The position numbers and the translations under genes were made by a program. This document shows, in pieces, positions 27,740-41,200 of a stretch of DNA of 64,000 nucleotides. Numbering within the stretch: position 1 is the stretch's first letter; each line of letters opens with the position of its first letter. The stretch comes from Antechinus flavipes (taxonomy: Eukaryota), in contig NC_067398.1 of the NCBI RefSeq assembly GCF_016432865.1, positions 109,678,001 to 109,742,000 on the forward strand. The letters are read 5' to 3'. The notes beneath the pieces are model-generated. The model was not told where the DNA came from. It did not search any database and was given only the letters and a program-made list of their open reading frames with translations.

Positions 27740-27741
<2 letters not shown>

Positions 27742-30510
27742 AAATAGTATGCTCCAATCTGCATTCAGACATAATAGTTCTCTCTTTGGTTTGGGATAGC
27801 ATTTTCCATTCAAAGTTTATTAGAGAAAAGGGAAGGAATAAGCTAAGCGGAAGGGAATACAGAAACTGGGAGGGAAAGGGGTAAGATAGGGGAAGGAACT
27901 CTAAGGCGGGGGGAGGGATACTAAAAAGGGAGGGCTGTGAGAAGCAAGTGGTGCTCACAAGCTTAATACTGGGAAGGGGGGAAAGGGGAAAGAAGGGAGA
28001 AAAGCATAAACCGGGGTTAACAAGATGGCAAGTAATACAGAATTGGTCATTTTAACCATAAATGTGAACAGGGTAAACTCCCCCATAAAGAAGAAGCGGT
28101 TAGCAGAATGGATTAAAAGCCAGAATCCTATAATATGTTGTTTATAGGAAACACACCTGAAGCGGGAAGATACATGCAGGTTAAAGGTAAAAGGTTGGAG
28201 CAAAATCTACTATGCTTCAGGTAAAGTCAAAAAAGCAGGGGTAGCCATCCTGATCTCAGATCAAGCTAAAGCAAAAATTGATCTAATTAAAAGAGATAAG
28301 GAAGGGCACTATATCTTGCTAAAGGGTAGCATGGATAATGAAGCACTATCTATATTAAACATATATGCACCAAGTGGTGTAGCATCTAAATTCTTAAAAG
28401 AGAAATTAAGAGAGCTGCAAGAAGAAATAGACAGTAAAACTATAATAGTGGGAGATCTTAACCTTGCACTCTCAGAATTAGATAAATCAAACCACAAAAT
28501 AAATAAGAAAGAAGTCAAAGAGGTAAATACAAAGTTTATTAGAATTGGCTTGGATCACTGAATTGCTGAGAAGAGCCAACTCTATCATAACTGATCATCA
28601 CACAATCTTGCCATTGCTGTGTACACGATTTTCCTGGTTCTTCTTGCTTCACTCAGAATCAGTTCACGTAAATCTATCTAGGATTTTCTAAAGTCAGATG
28701 TTCATCATTTCTTATATAACAATAATATTCCATTACTTTCATATGCCATAACCTATTCAGCCATTCCCCAATTGATGGACATCCACTCAGTTTCTAATTT
28801 TTTGTCACCACAAAAAGAGCTGCTACAAACATTTTTTATTTTTTATGATCTATTTGGGACACAGACCCAGTAGTGGCATTACTGTATATACCCCTTTAGG
28901 CATAGTTCCAAATTGCTCTCCAGAATATTTGGATCACATCCACCAACGATGTATTAGTGTCCCAGTTTCCCCTACACCCCCTCTGACATTTACCATTATC
29001 TTTTCCTGTCATCTTAGTAAATGATAGGTATGAGATGGTATCTCAAAGTTGCTTTGATTCACATTTCTCTAGTCAATACTGATTTAGAGTATTTTTTTCA
29101 TATCGTCTATATATGGCTTTAATTTCTACATCTGAAAATTGATTGTTCATATCCTTTTGACCATTTATCAATTGGGGGTTAACTTATATTCTTATAAACT
29201 TGACTCAGTTCACTATATATTTTAGGAAAAAAGCCTTAGAAATAAAGGCTGTAAAAGCTATTTCCCAACTTTAGGCTTCCCTTCTAATCTTGGCTGCACT
29301 GGTTTTGTTTGTGCAAACACTTTTTAATTCCAGCAAAATTATCCATTTTGCAATTCATAATGCTCTCTATTTCTTGTTTGGTCACAAATTCCTCCCTTGT
29401 CTAAAGATCTGACAAAAAAAATCTATCTCTTGTTTTTCTCATTTGCTTATATCACTCTTTACAACTAAATCACAAATCCATTTTGACCTTTTCTTGTTAT
29501 AAGGTGTAGGGTTGGTCAATTGCTAGTTTCTGACATGTCAGTTTCCAATGTTATCAGCAATTTTTGTCAAATGTTGAATTGTTATCCCAAAAGGTGGAGT
29601 TTTGGGTTTATCAAACAATAGATTACTACAGTCATACTACACACATTAACTGTGTCTTGTGTAACAAGCTAACCTATTCTACTGATACATCACTATACTT
29701 ATTAGTCAGCACAAGATGGTTTTGTTGACTGCTGCTACAATTTTACTTCTAGGTTACAGGTCTTTTCTTTCTTTCTTTCTTTCTTTTTTTTTTATTCCCT
29801 TGATATCTTTGACCTTTTCTTTTTACAGATGAATTTTGTTATTATTTTTTTCAGCTCTATAAATTAAATTTTTGGCTGTTCAAATAGTATGGTACTGAGT
29901 AAGTAGACTAATTTAGGTAGAACTGTTATGTTTATTATATTAGCTTGGCCTACCCATGAGCAATTGATATTTTTCCAAGTGTTTATTATTTGTATAAAAA
30001 ACATTTTATAATTTTGTTCATACAGTTCCTGGGTTTGTCCTGGCAGGTAGACACCCAAATATTTTATTTACCTACAGTTATTTTAAATGCAATTTCTCTA
30101 TTTCTTATTGTTGGGCTTTGCTGGTAACATAAAGAAATGCTGATGATTTATGTCGGTTTATTTTATATCCTGCAACTTTGCTAAAGTTGTTAATTGTTCC
30201 AAGTAGTTTTTAAGTTGATTTTCTAGAATTCTCTAAGTATACTGTCATATCATCTACAAAGAGTAATAATTTTATCTACTCCAATTCCTTCAATTTCCTT
30301 TCCTTTTCTTATTGCTAAAGCCAACATTTCTAGTACAATACTGAGTAATAGTAGTGATAATGGGCATGCTTGTTTTACTCCTGATCTTACTGGGAATGCT
30401 TCTAGTTCTCTCCATTACAGATAATGGTTGCTGAAGATTTAGGTAGATGTTGCTTATCATTTTAAGGAAGACTTCATTTATTCCTATGCTTTCTAGTGTT
30501 TCAAAAGCTT
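27560..30510 (-). mobile_element. Older L1 (ORF2 3' part and 3' UTR), interrupted by a (CA)n tract and a younger L1 piece
   Basis: Antisense L1 motifs: gatagcattttccatt, ctgatcatcacacaatcttg, cagacccagtagtggc, catagttccaaattgctctccagaat, ttgatcttactgggaatgcttctag. Confidence 0.88.
27825..28529 (+). mobile_element. Young L1 internal fragment (inter-ORF spacer plus ORF2 endonuclease N-terminus) with 14-bp TSD
   Basis: ATG at 28025: MASNTELVILTINVNRVNSPIKKKRLAEWIKSQNPIICCL*ETH...LNIYAPS...IIVGDLN, an APE-type L1 endonuclease with one TAG. CAAAGTTTATTAGA at 27811-27824 and 28530-28543. Confidence 0.93.
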
Positions 30511-33219
30511 ATTCTGCATCTATTGAGATTATAATTTGAAAAAAAAAAGTTTAAATATATAAAATTTGAATACCTTCCCTAAAAGGGCCTAGACACTGGC
30601 ACAAGGTGAAGAAAGGCACAAAGTCAACAAAGCCTGCAGATGTGAATGGGAACTTAATATCTTCGATAAATAATGTCTACTTATTTATCAATTTAAATAT
30701 TTATCTACCAGTTAACAATGCTGCAACATATTAATGTTTTCAATCAGTATTAAATGTTTATTTCTATAATTTAATTCTGTTCTGCCTCAGTAGTCTTAAA
30801 ATGGTATTCTACACACAAAAGTAAACATACAGTTAAAGAATAACAGAACAGAAACACAAGAGTATGTATACTATAAACCCACTTAAGACATACTCTACAT
30901 AGCCATTTTAAGATGTGTGTTTAAAAAAAAAAAAAGGTGCTTTTAAACTCTAAAATTTCATTTTTAAAATCTGTCATCTCCATTAAAAAATGTACATATT
31001 CAAAACCAAAGTTGATATAAGTGACTCAGATGACAAACATTCCAAGGATACAATCAATTAAAAGGCATTAAAGTACAATTTACTTTTACTTATCTACTGA
31101 GTGCAAAATAATTAGCAGACATGCAGAGAGTAGAGATGTCATATTTCTGCTAGGGCTTAAGTACATATACCTTAATGTGTACCTTTTCTTATTGTTTGAT
31201 AGCACTACTATCACCTTGACCTTTGATTTGTTTAAAGTTCCAGATTTTAGGGGAGGTTTTGTGGACTGAAACTTTCTGAATATTATTGTTCTCTACTGAA
31301 ATACATATAATTATGTCCAGATCACTTGTCAATTGTCCTATCAATAAAATCTGCTCATTTTTGTATAAGATGCAACATTTTCACCAAGTATGGGGACTAA
31401 TTTTTTTCCAGCACTTTCTCCACATGTCTATTTGCAACTTTTGCTCCCTTTGGTTTCCTTTTATTGTCATTTAAATTAGATAAAACAAAATCCAAACCCC
31501 AGTTTTTCAACAGTATAAATAGTAAAAGCCAGATCTCCTCAGTGATCAGGGGAAGATTTTATTCTCGCATATGAAAAATTATAAGATTCTTTCCCTAAAG
31601 CTAATGGATCAATGAAATTCTGCATATAAATACTTGAACAATCAGTTCATGCAACTGTTTAATTCTAAACAGATAATTCAATATTAGTGATATTTATTCC
31701 AAAGGCAAATTAGACATAATTCCACATGTGAATGAATTGTAATAACTCTCTATAAGAATATATTATTCATAATATATTTTATTTTAAAAAAAGATAAAAA
31801 TTGAATATGTAAAAGCTATCAGAATTAAATAAAATGGAACAGATTAGAAGAACTAATACAGGAATTATAGCAATTAGATCTAATTACTGTTAAGAAATCA
31901 AACTTTTTAAAGGCAAAAAGGAGATATAATAATGCATTATTTGCTTATCTAGAAATCAAACTTCTCCTTTTAACTTTTATGTGGAGGCCAAATTTTAGTA
32001 GCTAGTTACCCTGTTTAAGATTATTTAAAGTCTTCTGTTTCTTCATAGTAAGAATAAGCCCCTGAAAAAGCCTCTGAATTTAAAAAAAAAAAAAAGCTAT
32101 CATAAAGGTCACCTACTCCAAAAGAGGATTAGGATTAAGGAGAAAGAGATAAAGGAACTAACTCCAAAAAAAACTGAAAAACCATGTAAACACAACAATA
32201 TGGAGCCCATTTCAGAATATTTTATATCCTAGTACAATGCAGTAACTGATATTCAATAATGAATGACCTTGCATCATTGCAAAAAAGTTCAATTATCTTC
32301 AATATACTCTGTTTAATAGAGGCACTATGATGTAGTAATAGAATTGGCCTATCTCTACACATACAAGCTATATATGTAACTGTGATCAAATAATCTAACC
32401 TCACTATTCAGGGCAACTCTCTCAGATTATAAATTACAGGAAAACTGCCAAATTTCCACAATGATCAAATCACAGATTGAAACCAAAACAAATAATCTAT
32501 TCAAAAAGGCACAAGTATATAATTCATAACTTAAGTATTTCTAAAAAGATGGTTAGGGGGAAAAATGTAGCTTAAAGGACTAAATTTAAGTTATCTGGAA
32601 AATTAATTTACATGAAATTTTTCAACAATGCCAAGGTAAATGAATGAGATGTAACTTTATCTATATACTGTAATATGCTAAAGAATATGATGCTTAAAAA
32701 AAGATGTCCCTATTTGTTCCTATAACTTATCTTTCCAATTCCCTTTTACAACAGTTTTTATTAAATTTTATTCAAACCAGATCTAAGTATGAAGTCTTTT
32801 TTTTTTTTTTTTGAAAGCTGCCTTTCAGAAATATCCCTGCAGACAAATTTGTTAAAGTAATAATAGCCACCAGAATGGTATTTATATAATTTATAAAGCA
32901 GATTGAAAAACAAAGGGGCTATGCCTACAAGTAATTCTAATGAAGTCAACTAAAATTGATTAGTAATGATGATCAAAGTTATATACTGTAAGTAGATGAA
33001 ATATGTTCTACTAGGGAAATGTGCCTGATAGCCAATTATGATTGAAAAGAGATCTTATCCATATACCACTCTAGCCAAAAATCTCAAACATAAATTAAGA
33101 ATGCTTTATGGTTAAAACAAAGTTGTATTAATTACAATTAAAATATTACAAAATTATAATTAATTAGAAATTAATGAATTTGAGGTGGCAACTGAAATAA
33201 GATGGCTAATAATAAAATG

Positions 33220-34390
33220 TTACTGCAAGGTCTATAAAACCAAACAATAACCCTCAAACTAACTCAAACTACACTTCAAATAGTAGGCATCAAAATTATC
33301 TAATACTGACTAAAAATGGAGAGATTGGTTAGTTAGGCATATAACATATGAAAATGAGAGAACTATGAAAGCAAAATTAATGATTAATAACCAATGATTT
33401 GGGGAAATTCAGATTTTCTTCTTTTTCTTTCAAGACCTCAATCTCTAAAGATTGAGTGAATCTTCTCTATCCAAACCCCATTCAGGTGGGGCAGCTAAAC
33501 TCAAGTTTGGGTAGGGATAAATTCTTTGAATAGAATTCCGGCGAGGAGGGGAAGAGGGAAAAAAGGGGAGGAAGTGGAGGAGAATGGGACTTAAGAATTA
33601 AATGACATAATCAAAATTCAAGTCCAGTGCACATTCATTCTTTAATTGTTAACTAATCAGAGTTGGCTGTTACCCTTGGAAATACTCCATTCTGATGGGC
33701 ATATAAACCGCAAGCTCACTGCCATATCTGTCCTTAGTCTAAGCAGTGATGGTCTAATGACCATCCTTTTATTAAAATTCTGGCACTATTAATAAAGTAA
33801 TTAAATTACACTAAAATTATGTGTCTCAACCATTTTTAAATGCAACAAAAGCAAATGAGCCTAGCATTTTAGTGTTCAATAAGCTCAAAGTCCCAGCTAT
33901 GGTGGTAAAGACTCAATACTGGACAAAAACTGTGGGAAAATTGTAGTTAAATATAAATTAGGTTAGACAAATATATTGTATCATATACTAAGATAAGCTT
34001 CAAATAAACACAAGATTCAAACATAGTAGATCACATTATAAATTTGAGGGGCAATGAAGAAATTATTTTTCATAGCTTTGGATATAGGAAGAATTCATGC
34101 TCAAACAAGGGAAAGACAAGACTACGAGATAAAGTGGACAATTTTCATTATATAAAATTTACAAGTTTTTATGCAAATAAGACCTATACAGTTAGAAATA
34201 GAAGGGAGATTGGTAACTGGGAAGAGGGGGAAATCTTTGCATCAAGGTTTTTTTGGGGAAAAGCCTCATTTCCAAGATATAAATGAACTCATTCAAATTT
34301 AAAAGAACAAGAGCCATATCCCACAGAAAAAGAGTCAAAGGATATGAACAAGCAATTTTTAAAGGGAAGAAGTTCAAGCTAACAAAAATA
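33220..34390 (+). mobile_element. Old L1 ORF2 3' fragments, interrupted by an LTR
   Basis: aaactacacttcaaatagtaggcatcaaaattatct... then ggacaaaaactgtgggaaaattg...tcaaaggatatgaacaagcaattttt. Confidence 0.65.
33349..33847 (+). mobile_element. Solo LTR nested in L1
   Basis: ccaat-like taatcagagttgg, TATA gcatataaacc ~33700, AATAAA ~33791, ends tgcaaca; left edge approximate. Confidence 0.65.
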
Positions 34391-35189
34391 TAATAGGGAT
34401 ATCAGAAGTCTCAGAGAAATATAGCCAAGTAGAAAATGAGAGGTTTATCCTTCTTTCTTCCTTAGCACTGGCAGTTTTGCAGTTCATGGTGCCACAGAGA
34501 GTACTGATGAGGTTGAACATCAAGATTGACCTGATCTTTCAAGATAATAAAGTTTTCCTAATGATGAAATTCTTAGGGCACAATAGTGTCAGAGAAGTCC
34601 GAAAATAGAGCAATAATATGGAAAATGAGAAAATATTTATCCTGAGTTCTCTCCATAAATGGAGGCTTTGGAGTTCATGGTTCAACTCTCCAATCAGAGA
34701 GGCAGAAAGTAGTGATGAAGTATAAGTAGCAGGGCTAACTAGATTATGAAGAATGATACAATAATACAATCCAAAACAACATGAGTCAAAGAACAGAAAT
34801 TTTTTAAATAAAGAATTACATGAAAAAAAAATTTATTAGAAGAATCTATTGAAACTTGGTTATATAAGTAAAAGCTATTCTTATTTTTAAAAAATGTTTT
34901 TTTTTGTTTTGTTTTTTTTTTTTAAAACAAGGTGATTTAAGCCTTTAATCTGTGCAAAACTCCATCCCCATTATGACAAGTGAATTTTTCAGGTCCCATT
35001 TGAAAACTATATTCCTTTACAAATTTATTTTAGCAGTTAAAAAAGCAAAAACAAAAAGGTTTTGTTCCTTTAAGACAGCAATCTCTTCACCTGTGATGGC
35101 AATTATTACTTTAAATTTTTCCTAAGTTAAGTAATTTTTCTTTTTAATGGAAAGAACCTAACTTCCCTTTTTTTTCTTTTCTATTTCTT

Positions 35190-35850
35190 TTTTAATGTTG
35201 ATAAGTTTTTTATTTTCAAAATACATGCAAAGATAGTTTTCTAAATTCACCCTTGCAAAATCTTGTTTCAAATTTTTCTCCCTTCCTTTCCCCTACCTTC
35301 CTTCCTCAAGACAGCAAGCAATACAATATAGGTTAAACACGTGCAATTCAAACATATTTCCACATTTATTATGCTGCACAAGAAAAGTCAGATCAAATAG
35401 GAAAATAAAATGAGAAAGAAAGGGGAAAAAAGCAAGCAAACAACAACAAAAAAGGTGAAAATATTATGTTGCAAATAGACATTCAGTCCCTACTATCTTC
35501 TTTCTGGATGCAGGTGGCTCTCTTCATAAGTCTACTGGAATTGGCCTCATTGATGAAAAGAGTCAAGTCTATCCTAGTTGATCATCACACAATCTTCTTA
35601 TTGCTGTGTACAATGTTCTCTTCATTCTACTCACTTTACTTAGCAAAAATTCATGTAAATTTCTCCAGACTTTTCTGAAATCATCCTGCCAATTGTCTCT
35701 TATAGAATAATAATATTTCATTACATTCATATACCATAATTTGCTCAGCCATTCCCTAACTGATGAAAATCTACTCAGTTTCCAGCTCCTTGTCACTACA
35801 AAAAGGGCTGCTATAAAACATTTTTGTACATGTGGGTCTTTTTCTCAAAA
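35190..35850 (-). mobile_element. L1 3' end
   Basis: ttttattttcaaaatacatgcaaagatagtttt...ttgatcatcacacaatctt...cagccattcccta. Confidence 0.85.
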
Positions 35851-36114
35851 AGTTCTCTTTCTAAACATTTCTATCAACAGAAAAGAATAAATACAGATCA
35901 GTGAATACAGCAAATAGTTAAAATATATCAAAACAAAAACCTTAAGTCGCAAATCAAAAAAACACCAACTGAACACAAAATTAGATATTTTAACTATCAA
36001 AGACAAAAAAAATTGAAAACAATTGCCATAACTTCATATAGTTGCCCAACAAAGAGTCATGGCAACATGAATTTAGAATACAAGCTCATTTGCAAACTGT
36101 TACGTAGGACAGTG

Positions 36115-36350
36115 GAGCAGGTAGGTGGCAAGTGGATAAGCACCAGGTTCATAGTAAAAGAAGACCTGAATTCAAATCCACTCTCAGATACTTATTAACT
36201 ATGTGACTTTGGACAAATCACTTCGCTCTGTTTGCCTCAGTTTTGTCATCTATAAAATGAACTGGCTCCAAGCTGGCTCTTCTTTGCCAAGAAACTCTAA
36301 ATAGGGTCACAGAGTTGGACATGACTATAAGGACTAAACAACAAAAACAA
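36115..36350 (+). mobile_element. MAR1 SINE
   Basis: gagcaggtaggtggcaagtggataagcacc...ttgccaagaaactc...gggtcacagagttggacatgact. Confidence 0.85.
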
Positions 36351-37099
36351 AGAAGTAATCCATGGCATGTTATCAAGGATGACTTGCACAAAAGAAGACA
36401 ACATTCAGGATATATAGGATTAGAAGGAAGGGGGAGGGGGAGGTTCTATAATAGCCAGGAAGAGGAAGAAAAAAAGAGGTGAATGGTCTAGCAATTAAAT
36501 TCGTTTCCATAAACAACAAAAGAAATACAAGCAGATCTCCAATGCATTAGGTAGATCTATTATGGAAGATACATGGAGAACAGCATAGAATGAGAAAGTA
36601 GATTGTGCTGCACTAGTAGAGGGAGTCTACATCAGTGAGATCATGAATCTACCAAAGGTCAACTTTATTACTTCAAAGTACATATGATAATTAGAAACAA
36701 ATTAATACGGTTAATAGCAGTTAACTGAAGGCCTTAATTTTATGAAAACTATTTGTAATTATTTTATCAGCAGTTCATAAGTAATCAAATAATTAGTATA
36801 TCAGTGGCTCAAGTAAGTATCTCTGAAATAAATATTGATATTTTAGAAGTATTTTCTTAAGTAGTTCCTTATGTGGAAACACTTCCTGAAATCATACTCT
36901 TAAATTACTGCTCACCAAATATTGTTAATATAAACTTTTGTTAAGACCTTGCCTAAATTCTCAAAAAATTGGAATTAATGATTTTCTAATTAAGGATTAT
37001 TAAACAGGAAACTGAATAACTTATCAACATGTTGATTATAAGGTACAAAGATCAAAAGGTGACTAGGAAAAGAAAACAATCTGAATGTGCAATATCTTG

Positions 37100-37500
37100 C
37101 TAAGTTCTATAATCTCCCCTTCTGAAGTCCTATCCTGTTCAATGGCTTTAACTATCATTTCTACAAAGATCATTCCCAAATCTTTATCTCTAAATCTGAA
37201 CTAATTTTTACCTGCCAAGTACATTATTGATGTTTGTTATTTTAAGCTCAACCTGTCTAAAACCAAATTCATAATCTTGAAAACACTATTAAATATTTCC
37301 TATACAGAAGAAAGGCCCTATGGGAGATAAAGCACATATATAAGTAAGTACAAGTTGGAATATAATAAAAGCAAAAAAATCCAAATAAAGGTACTAAAAG
37401 AAATTTGAAGAGCAAGACTGTTACAAAAAAAAAACCAGTTTCCTTGCTAATTTGCCTATTTCTATTAATGATAATATTTTTCTCAGTCATCTAGGTTCAG
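37100..37500 (+). mobile_element. L2 fragment
   Basis: atggctttaactatcatttctac...cccaaatctttatctc...tttaagctcaacctgtctaaaaccaaattcataatctt. Confidence 0.65.
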
Positions 37501-38079
37501 AATCACTAAGTAAGAATGTTAACAGAAACTGTTCCTTAGCTCTGCTGCTCAGTAAATCTTTGATTCTAGACAAGCTTTGCAAAGGTTCATAACATGTATA
37601 TATTACTAATTGCAGCATCTGCCTCATATTGTTGCTATACTAATTATGAGAACACACATAAAAATCTCTTGTAACCATAAAGCACCATATAAACATGAAC
37701 AAGTAATCTTGCATTCCATCAATCCTTTTCCAATCTGTCCTTTTACTCTGTTCCTTAGGTAATTTTTCTAATATTCTTTTCAAGTAAAAAACAAACGAAA
37801 AAGACCCTAAAACCTTTGGTGACTACCCATCACTTGGCAAACAAAATATGAACCTCTGGTCCCTATCTCCTTGTTGAAGCCTTCTTTGATGCTTCTACTC
37901 CCAATCTCCCCAAATTTCTCATAGTATTTTGCAATTCACAATAACTATCTCATTATTCTAGAGGGTTTAGATTTCTGTACTGATAGAATTACTTAATCTG
38001 ATAAAATCACAACTCCCTTAAGTACTGAAATATGTTAAGTGCCATATAGGGCGTTTATGAACAAGAATATACAAAAAGC

Positions 38080-38970
38080 CAGAAAAGGAAATCATTTTTG
38101 GTTCAATTTTTCATGGAATGCATCATGGAAGGTTAGGCCATTAAGGATTAATGAGATTAAAAAGATCAAAACAAATTATTTAAAGACAAGACAAAGTAAA
38201 GACAAAGACATGGTTATTACAATGGAATGAAACAAACTGGATTTTGTGAGTTGTTGAGGCCAAAATCCAACACCATCTGGGAAAACCCATTAGTGATATC
38301 TCCAAAAACCAGGTAAGTCATAGCTAGAGTTGAGACTACCATCTGAGGACCACATCTCTTAGGCCTAAATTCTAGCCTTTTTCACTTTAGATTGTGGTAC
38401 AATTTCTAATAACCCAAGGTCATCTCTAAGAGAAGACAATAAGTAAGGCTTCAAAGGAATGTCCCAAAAATAGACTACAAGAGGAGAAAGTGCAAGACAT
38501 CTACTTTTTTACAACTAAGAGTGAATGATCCTTCCTCAATTCAATTAAAGTAATCACAAAAGGCTTAAAGCAATTCAATTCACTCCACTATAAGAGGTGA
38601 ATAAGTCAATTAGAGAGGACTCAAGGGTTTGGGCCACTGGATAAAGGCAGCTGGTACCCCAAAAGAAACATCTTGTAACTAGCCAAAAGAATCAGGCATA
38701 TCTCTTAGCCTACATATAAAAATAGCAGTAAGTTAAACCGTGGGTCAGTCCACTAATGGAAAAACTTTCCCCTCTGGAGCCCCTAAGAAATGATTGTTTT
38801 TTGGAAAAGGAGAAAATTCTCCAAGTGACTCAGATTTTAAAAAGACACTCACAAAAGCTGAAGACAGCATACCTAAAGATAAAGTACAGAAGAGTGGTAA
38901 TAAACATGTAAGAATAGTGCCAAGAGGACTAATAATGCCCAGAATGAGCTGAGGCTAATCAAAAACTTAA
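38080..38970 (+). mobile_element. L3/CR1 ORF2 fragment
   Basis: aagaatagtgccaagaggactaataatgcccagaatgagctgaggcta translates KNSA...AQNELRL, matching the CR1 tether motif KAKAQNELRL. Confidence 0.55.
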
Positions 38971-39342
38971 GTATATTAAGGTAACTTCTGGTAGGCAATC
39001 TCAAATTAGTTATTAAATTGCTCATGCCCTTTGGCACAAAGATTCCATTATAGGAAATATATCCCCCCCAAAAAAGCTAGTAATAAAGATCAATATGTAA
39101 CCCCCCCAAAAAAAATCATAACATTGTTATAATACAAAGATGGAAGCAAAATTCCAGATGATGAAGAAATGGATACTTTTTATTTATTATGATTTTGTTG
39201 ATATTAATATGACAATTATAGCATATACAAAATGGAAAATATAAAGAATTCAGAGAACCATAGCTAGACTGGTAATATAATTATATGTACACTAGCCATT
39301 AGTAATGTAGTTGAAGCAAAGTAGCATAAAAAAAGTAGAACC

Positions 39343-39491
39343 GGGGCAGCTAAGTAGCGTAATAGATAGAGCACCAGTCCTGAAGTTAAGAGGACCTGAG
39401 TTCAAATCTGGTCTCAGACATTTAACACTTCTTGGCTGTGTGACCCTGGGCAAGTCACTTAACCCCAATTTCCTCAGCCAAAAAAGAAAAG
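39343..39491 (+). mobile_element. WSINE1 SINE with 11-bp TSD
   Basis: Full head ggggcagctaagtagc...cctcagcc plus A tail; AAAGTAGAACC at 39332-39342 and 39492-39502. Confidence 0.95.
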
Positions 39492-40259
39492 AAAGTAGAA
39501 CCAATTTTTTAAAAACTAGGGCAATACTGGCAATGCCTACAATAATGTGAATAAAGTCAAATTTGAGAGGTCACAAAACTCTATTTGGAAAACAGAATAC
39601 ATCTTTCTTTTAACAATAAATAAACTGTTTTCAGGAAAATGTGTATGAGAAACAACTGAGTGGTGAGGAAGAGTCTTATCTTTAAAAGTTATTAATAAAT
39701 TTAATTTCAAAAAAGATAATGAGACAGATTATGTCTTCCTACCCACCATGGTCCCTAGAATATTGCTGAGCTCCTGGCAGGTATTCAATACTTAGTGAAT
39801 TTCTGGCACTGCTCCAGTGTCAAGTAATTCTTTTGTATTCACTTTTATTATTCCTTCCATTTTAAGGGCAGGGCGTGTTCTTTAAGGTCTGAGTTTATTG
39901 TATGTCTTTGTGCCACAATCGTTTCTTTAGATGTCTCTCTCTCTTTCCTGCCACACTGGGATCATTTACTGCACTGTCAATTTCATTTTTCAGAGATTTC
40001 TATCAGATCAGTCTGACTGATCTTAGACACTTAAAGCTGTCTGACTCTGTGTGTCACTTAACTTCTCTTTGCCTCAGTTTTCTCTATTGTAAAAATGATG
40101 TAAATATACCATCTACTGCTCAGGGTTGTAGTAAGGACCAAACAAGATCATATTTGTCAGATGTTTAACAACACAGTACCCAAAACATAATAGGTGCGTT
40201 AGAAATGCTTAGTGAATAGAATAGCAAGTGGTAGTGGGAACCACACTATTTGATCTTGT

Positions 40260-40621
40260 GATTGGTCAATTAGGTATTGTTTCCATATTCTTTTGATTGA
40301 ATAATCACAGGGGAGAGAGATAGTAGGGCACCTCTTTTTCTGATTTTAGGGAATTGTACTTGTTTGCTTTCTCCCTTCCAACTTGGAAGACCCCTAATTT
40401 TTCTCCAACTGAAAATCTTATTACCTAATTTCATATCCTAGTTACCTCTTTTCCCTTTAATTAATTGGTCTTATTTGATTGCTTTTGATGTATAAAGTTT
40501 GTCTCCCTCTATGTTCAGGATCTTGTGCCAAAGCTGAGGTGTTCTAGTCCAGTTTTTTGAGTAACTGGCTTGTTAAATTGATATGCTCAGAAGCGCAAAT
40601 GTTTATTTTCTTTCACCTGAC
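40260..40621 (+). mobile_element. Solo LTR fragment
   Basis: gtataaag TATA, degenerate polyA signal, ends ttcacctgaca. Confidence 0.5.
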
Positions 40622-40719
40622 ATATTCCTCCCTTCCTTCTTTCCTTTTCATCCAACCCTAAGATCATTGAGTCAATATCTAGGAACTCTGAGTGAAAAGA
40701 GTGTGAAGTGGTTGCCAAA

Positions 40720-41200
40720 AATATTAATAGAGAGTCTGCATTAACAGAAGTATGGTGCCCAGAACAAAGTATAATAGTCCTATTGTACCGAGCTAGTCAG
40801 ACCACATCTCGAATGCAATGTTCACTTCTGAATATAATTTTAATAGAAATGTTGGCAAACTAGAATAAATCCAGAAGAGAATGACTAGGATAGTAAGGAA
40901 AATTGAAACATGCTGCATAATACAGTTTGGAAAACCACCAATTTTTACCTGGAAAAAAAGGATGACCAAGGATATTAGATTTAATCTGTATAGCTCTAGA
41001 AAGAAGAGCCAATAGTTATAAGTGATAGGAAGGCAAATTTCACCTCAATATAGGAACTTCTTTCAAGTATAGTTTTCTAAACCTGAAAGAGGCATCTTTG
41101 CAAAATAGTCAGCTCTACATCACCGTTAGTGTTTCAGCATAAGCTAGATCAATTTCACTCAGGATATTACAGAGGAGGTTCCCATACTGGGTAAGAGAAA
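40720..41200 (+). mobile_element. L3/CR1 3' fragment
   Basis: gtatggtgcccagaacaaag...ctagtcagaccacatctcgaatgc...ggaaggcaaatttcacctcaatataggaac. Confidence 0.75.
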
